Assembly (NCBI GenBank): GCA_025340205.1 | Contig: CP006868.1 | Location: 870,001-902,000 of the forward strand | Length of the DNA: 32,000 nucleotides | Direction of reading: 5' to 3' | Source: Ignicoccus pacificus DSM 13166 | GTDB taxonomy: Archaea > Thermoproteota > Thermoprotei_A > Sulfolobales > Ignicoccaceae | Shown here: in pieces, positions 28,501 to 32,000 of the stretch | How the letters are laid out: each line of letters starts with the position of its first letter | How positions within the stretch are numbered: position 1 is the first letter of the stretch | Made by a program: the position numbers and the translations under genes | Notes under the pieces: model-generated | What the model was told of the DNA's origin: nothing | Database searches by the model: none | Seen by the model: only the letters and a program-made list of their open reading frames with translations

Positions 28501-28746
28501 CTAAAACTTCTTTTTAGATGCTTCTTCCTTCTTCTTTATAACTTCTTCCAGTTCCCTCTGCAAGGACTTCGCTGCAGGTAGACTAACCTCTGGTGGTATT
28601 CTTTCCATTAATCTTTTGAAGAACTCTAGAGCGCACTTCTTGCTATGAAAATAGAACGTCTCATCTGAGATCTTTATTATAACGCCTTGACCCTTGAAGA
28701 ACGTCCTTCCACAATACATACACTTCATCTTTTCTCTCTTTGCCAA
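28501..28746 (-). CDS. eL24-like (L24e/TRASH-type) zinc protein
   Basis: MKCMYCGRTFFKGQGVIIKISDETFYFHSKKCALEFFKR. ATG at 28728 may be the true start. Confidence 0.75.
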   Translation of the reverse strand: MAKREKMKCMYCGRTFFKGQGVIIKISDETFYFHSKKCALEFFKRLMERIPPEVSLPAAKSLQRELEEVIKKKEEASKKKF

Positions 28747-28747
28747 T

Positions 28748-28756
28748 TTAAATACC
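28748..28756 (-). promoter_or_regulatory. Putative TATA box for the eL24-like gene
   Basis: GTATTTAAAT on the minus strand, about 25 nt upstream of ATG 28728. Confidence 0.45.
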
Positions 28757-28777
28757 CTTGACTAACCGCGACCTAGC

Positions 28778-28786
28778 ATTTATATA
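28778..28786 (+). promoter_or_regulatory. Putative TATA box for the second helicase gene
   Basis: atttatata upstream of the start at 28836/28845. Confidence 0.45.
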
Positions 28787-28835
28787 GCCATGTTCTGGCG
28801 CTACGTGTAGCAATTACACGCTCTGGAGGAAAGAG

Positions 28836-31670
28836 GTGTTAGAGATGGCCACCACCGTTACCGAGAGCTTACCGCCCGCGATAGCAGAGTTGATAAAGGA
28901 GAAGGGTTGGAAGGACCTTACCGATGTCCAGAAGTTAGCATACAAACCGGTCTACGAAGGTATGAACACCTTGATAATGGCTCCTACTGGGCATGGCAAG
29001 ACAGAGGCTGCGATGTTGCCTATACTAGCAAGAATGGTTGAGGAGAAACCTGAACCCTTGGCAGTTGTCTATATAACGCCATTGAAATCTTTGATCAACG
29101 ATTTGAAGTTAAGGATAGAGTGGTGGGCCTCGAAGCTAGGTTTTATCGTGGCTAGAAAACACGGCGATGTTTCTGCTTCTGAGAGAAGTGCCAGATTGAA
29201 GAAAGTGCCCCACATCCTATTGACAACGCCCGAGGGTCTCGAAATAGACTTGGATTGGGCCACTCAGTTCAGAAAGTACTACAAGAACGTCAGATGGGTT
29301 GTCATCGATGAGGCTCACGAGCTGGTAAACAGTAAGAGAGGAGTTCAGTTAAGCGTGTTGTTAGAGAGGTTGAAGGCCTATACTGGTAGAGACGTACAGA
29401 GAATTGCTCTAAGCGCTACAATAGGGGAACCGGAGCTTGCTGCTAAGCTTCTCTTCGGCTCTTCACAAAGGCCCTCAAGAATAATCAAGGTTAGTAAGAA
29501 GAGGAAGATTGAGTTAACTATTGATAGCATTGGAGAGATAAAGGAGGGGAACTTCTGGGAGTACGCAGCTAAGAAGATATTGGAACACGTGGAACCACCC
29601 ACCCTAGTATTCGTCAACACGAGGTTCTCGGCCGAAAGACTTCACGAAGAGCTCTCAAAGATGAGCGATCTAAAGGTAGAAGTGCACCACTCTTCAGTAT
29701 CGAAGGAAGTTAGGGTGGAGAGTGAAAGACTACTGAGAGAGGGTAAGCTGGACATAGTTATTGCTACTAAGACATTGGAGTTGGGAATAGACATAAGTGA
29801 ACTAAAGAAGGTAATACTATTCAAACCGCCCGGAAGCGTCGCAGCGCTCTTGCAAAGGGTTGGGAGAGCTGGGCATAAGCTCGGTGGAGTATCGAGGGGC
29901 GTGATCATAACCACTGACCAGATAGACACAGCTGACGCTTATACGGAATCAATACTTGCTCTGAAAGGCATAGTAGAACCACCACAAGTGTTAGACGCCC
30001 CTCTAGATGTTCTGGCCAGAGAAATAATAGGTATGGTCCTCCAAGAAAAGTTGCTAGATCCGGAGAAGGCGTTTCAGATAGTAAAAGGTGCCTATCCGTA
30101 TAGGAACTTAAGTAAAGAGAAGTTCGATGAACTAATAAATACCTTAATTAAGAATAGATTGCTGAATAGGGAAGGTGACAAGATAAAGATAGGATACATG
30201 TTCTACAAGCTCTGGTGCTTTGACTGCTCAGGGAAGAAATGGTGGAGTAGGTCCTTCGGAGAGTTCTTCTCAGTAATAACTGAGAGAGATACTTTCGTGG
30301 TGAAGTGGGGTAACAAGACTATAGGTGATCTAGACGCCTTCTACGTCTACAAGTACTTGAGACCAGACATGAAGATAAGGTTGGCTGGCAGGACTTGGAG
30401 AATAATAAACATAGACGAAGAAACGATGAAAGTTATTGTAGAACCCTCAAATGAGCAAGGAGGTGAGGTCCCTCTTTGGAGAAGCGAGGAAGCCCTCAGA
30501 AGTCCCTTGGTTCCGAGATACGCCAAGGAGGCGCTTAAGAGTAAGCCTCCTCAGAGCCTGGAGATAACCGATGCGGCGAAAAAGAACTTAAAGAAGGTGC
30601 TTGAATGGTATAATAGGAGAAAGCTCGATATACCCGGCGGCGACCTCTTCTACTTAGAGAAGACCGATAAGGGCTACGTCTTGAGTGGCTTCATGGATCA
30701 AAAGGCCGCTGAAACGCTAGCTCATATCTTGATGTATATGGTATCTTCAGAGTACACAGCAGCGGTGCAAGTCAGAGCCTCCATGACTGGCTTAGGTTTA
30801 AGCGTCGACAGCGGTGATAGCGTTCCTAATCTCTTAGATCTATTGAAACAAGTGGATGACGTAGAGGAGATGCTCGACAAAGCCTTGGAGAGGTCGCCAT
30901 ACCTAGTACAAGTAGCTAAGGAAATCCAGCTAAGCTTTGGAAAGCTCGGGAAGGTAACACCAGATGACGGTTTAGTCTATGAGGAAGCTAAGAAGCAAGC
31001 TCTACAAAGGTACTTCAACGTGGAAGAAGCTAAGAGGATAATCGAGGGTCTCAAGAGCGGATCTATTAAGGTAAGGAAGCTCAGAACTAGAACCCTATCA
31101 CCGCTGGCAAGTCATATAGTATCATTACCCGCTCTCAGGCCGTGGCTCAAGATAGTAGAGGCGAGGATAGCTAATATGCTAAAGGAGGAAGCGTTCACCG
31201 TAGAAGAGCTATCTATGATGTTAGAGCTAAGTCCTACCACAATAGAGAACAAGTTAAAGGAAATGAGGAAACCCAGCTCGAAGATAAGAGTAATATCATT
31301 TATAGACACGGAATTCGGTGAAACCAGATGGACCCTTCTGGAGGACTTGGATAAAGTGATGCAGAAAGAGGAATACGCAGACTCCTTTAAGCCTAGAGAC
31401 GTACACGAGAACTTCGTGGTCTACTTGAGAACGTCTCCCAAGGACGAGTATACGATGAAATACTTCAAACCGATAGATCTCATCGAGAATCCCGAGAAGT
31501 TCTTGAGTACGTTGAACGACGATGAGTATTACGAAGTGAAGGTAGTCACGCCCAGCGATCCACTCTTTAGAAACCTTATGCCGCGATACTTTTACGTTCC
31601 CAAGAAGGCCCTCCCTGCGGTACTCTTGAATGCCGTCACGTACATACAGAGACTACGCAGGTCGGCTTAG
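28836..31670 (+). CDS. Lhr-type superfamily 2 helicase, second paralogue
   Basis: APTGHGKTEAAMLP, DEAHELVNSKRG, SATIGE, TKTLELGIDISEL, QRVGRAGHKLGG. Confidence 0.88.
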   Translation: MLEMATTVTESLPPAIAELIKEKGWKDLTDVQKLAYKPVYEGMNTLIMAPTGHGKTEAAMLPILARMVEEKPEPLAVVYITPLKSLINDLKLRIEWWASKLGFIVARKHGDVSASERSARLKKVPHILLTTPEGLEIDLDWATQFRKYYKNVRWVVIDEAHELVNSKRGVQLSVLLERLKAYTGRDVQRIALSATIGEPELAAKLLFGSSQRPSRIIKVSKKRKIELTIDSIGEIKEGNFWEYAAKKILEHVEPPTLVFVNTRFSAERLHEELSKMSDLKVEVHHSSVSKEVRVESERLLREGKLDIVIATKTLELGIDISELKKVILFKPPGSVAALLQRVGRAGHKLGGVSRGVIITTDQIDTADAYTESILALKGIVEPPQVLDAPLDVLAREIIGMVLQEKLLDPEKAFQIVKGAYPYRNLSKEKFDELINTLIKNRLLNREGDKIKIGYMFYKLWCFDCSGKKWWSRSFGEFFSVITERDTFVVKWGNKTIGDLDAFYVYKYLRPDMKIRLAGRTWRIINIDEETMKVIVEPSNEQGGEVPLWRSEEALRSPLVPRYAKEALKSKPPQSLEITDAAKKNLKKVLEWYNRRKLDIPGGDLFYLEKTDKGYVLSGFMDQKAAETLAHILMYMVSSEYTAAVQVRASMTGLGLSVDSGDSVPNLLDLLKQVDDVEEMLDKALERSPYLVQVAKEIQLSFGKLGKVTPDDGLVYEEAKKQALQRYFNVEEAKRIIEGLKSGSIKVRKLRTRTLSPLASHIVSLPALRPWLKIVEARIANMLKEEAFTVEELSMMLELSPTTIENKLKEMRKPSSKIRVISFIDTEFGETRWTLLEDLDKVMQKEEYADSFKPRDVHENFVVYLRTSPKDEYTMKYFKPIDLIENPEKFLSTLNDDEYYEVKVVTPSDPLFRNLMPRYFYVPKKALPAVLLNAVTYIQRLRRSA

Positions 31671-32000
31671 ATGGAGATCGCTGATATGGGGCTTAATACT
31701 TTCTTTATCAGTGGCTTCTCTGACACTTTTCGTGGCGTCGATAGTAGCCTTGACCTATCCTTATGCCGATCTCTATAGTGTTAGCTCAATCATAGCTTCG
31801 ATATTGATAGTGCTAATAGTAAAGAAATTAGTGGAAAGAGCTCCGAAGGTAAATGCGGAAGCAATAATAAAGGCGTTAGTGTTCTTCTGGTTCTTCTCGC
31901 CATTATTGTTGACGTTCTTCTTTTCGATATTCGCCCATGTGAGCTTCGTTGACGCTTACTTCGAGATGGTAAGTGGATTGAGCGGTACGGGATTAACGAT
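31630..32000 (+). CDS. TrkH-like potassium uptake membrane protein, N-terminal part (3' partial)
   Basis: Open frame not in the ORF track: MPSRTYRDYAGRLRWRSLIWGLILSLSVASLTLFVASIVALTYP...FFWFFSPLLLTFFFSIFAHVSFVDAYFEMVSGLSGTGLT. TMs followed by a Trk-like selectivity segment. Confidence 0.65.
   Translation, partial: MPSRTYRDYAGRLRWRSLIWGLILSLSVASLTLFVASIVALTYPYADLYSVSSIIASILIVLIVKKLVERAPKVNAEAIIKALVFFWFFSPLLLTFFFSIFAHVSFVDAYFEMVSGLSGTGLT

Noticed and set aside
1-32000. CRISPR arrays, insertion sequences, integrase or phage genes
   Set aside because: None recognised by reading: no regularly spaced repeats, no transposase or cas-like ORFs.

Overview
Compact, gene-dense archaeal chromosomal window, crenarchaeal in character (Desulfurococcales-like). 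This is judged from gene content and order; no database was searched. It is mostly housekeeping: an L11-L1-L10 ribosomal block behind aL20/LX-prefoldin-FtsY-SecE-Spt5; the S13-S4-S11-Rpo3-L18e-L13-S9-Rpo10-S2 cluster; Csl4, Rpo11, aIF5A, Alba, Bud32 and an XTP/dITP pyrophosphatase; archaeal PEP carboxylase, PurE and archaeosine TGT; and two different Lhr-type superfamily-2 helicases. No CRISPR array, transposon or tRNA/rRNA gene was recognised. Main items for a second look: (1) a one-base frameshift exactly inside the Walker A motif of the first of two tandem MinD/ferredoxin ATPases, in a NifX-like/MinD/MinD cassette; (2) a candidate C/D-box guide sRNA at about 9877-9934, missed by the ORF track and opposed by a doubtful ORF; (3) a three-gene operon of an OLD/RecF-like P-loop protein with degenerate catalytic motifs, a stand-alone HisA-like protein and a small winged-helix-like protein; (4) no L12 gene after L10; (5) GC-rich structured intergenic segments; (6) an untracked partial TrkH-like CDS running off the right edge.
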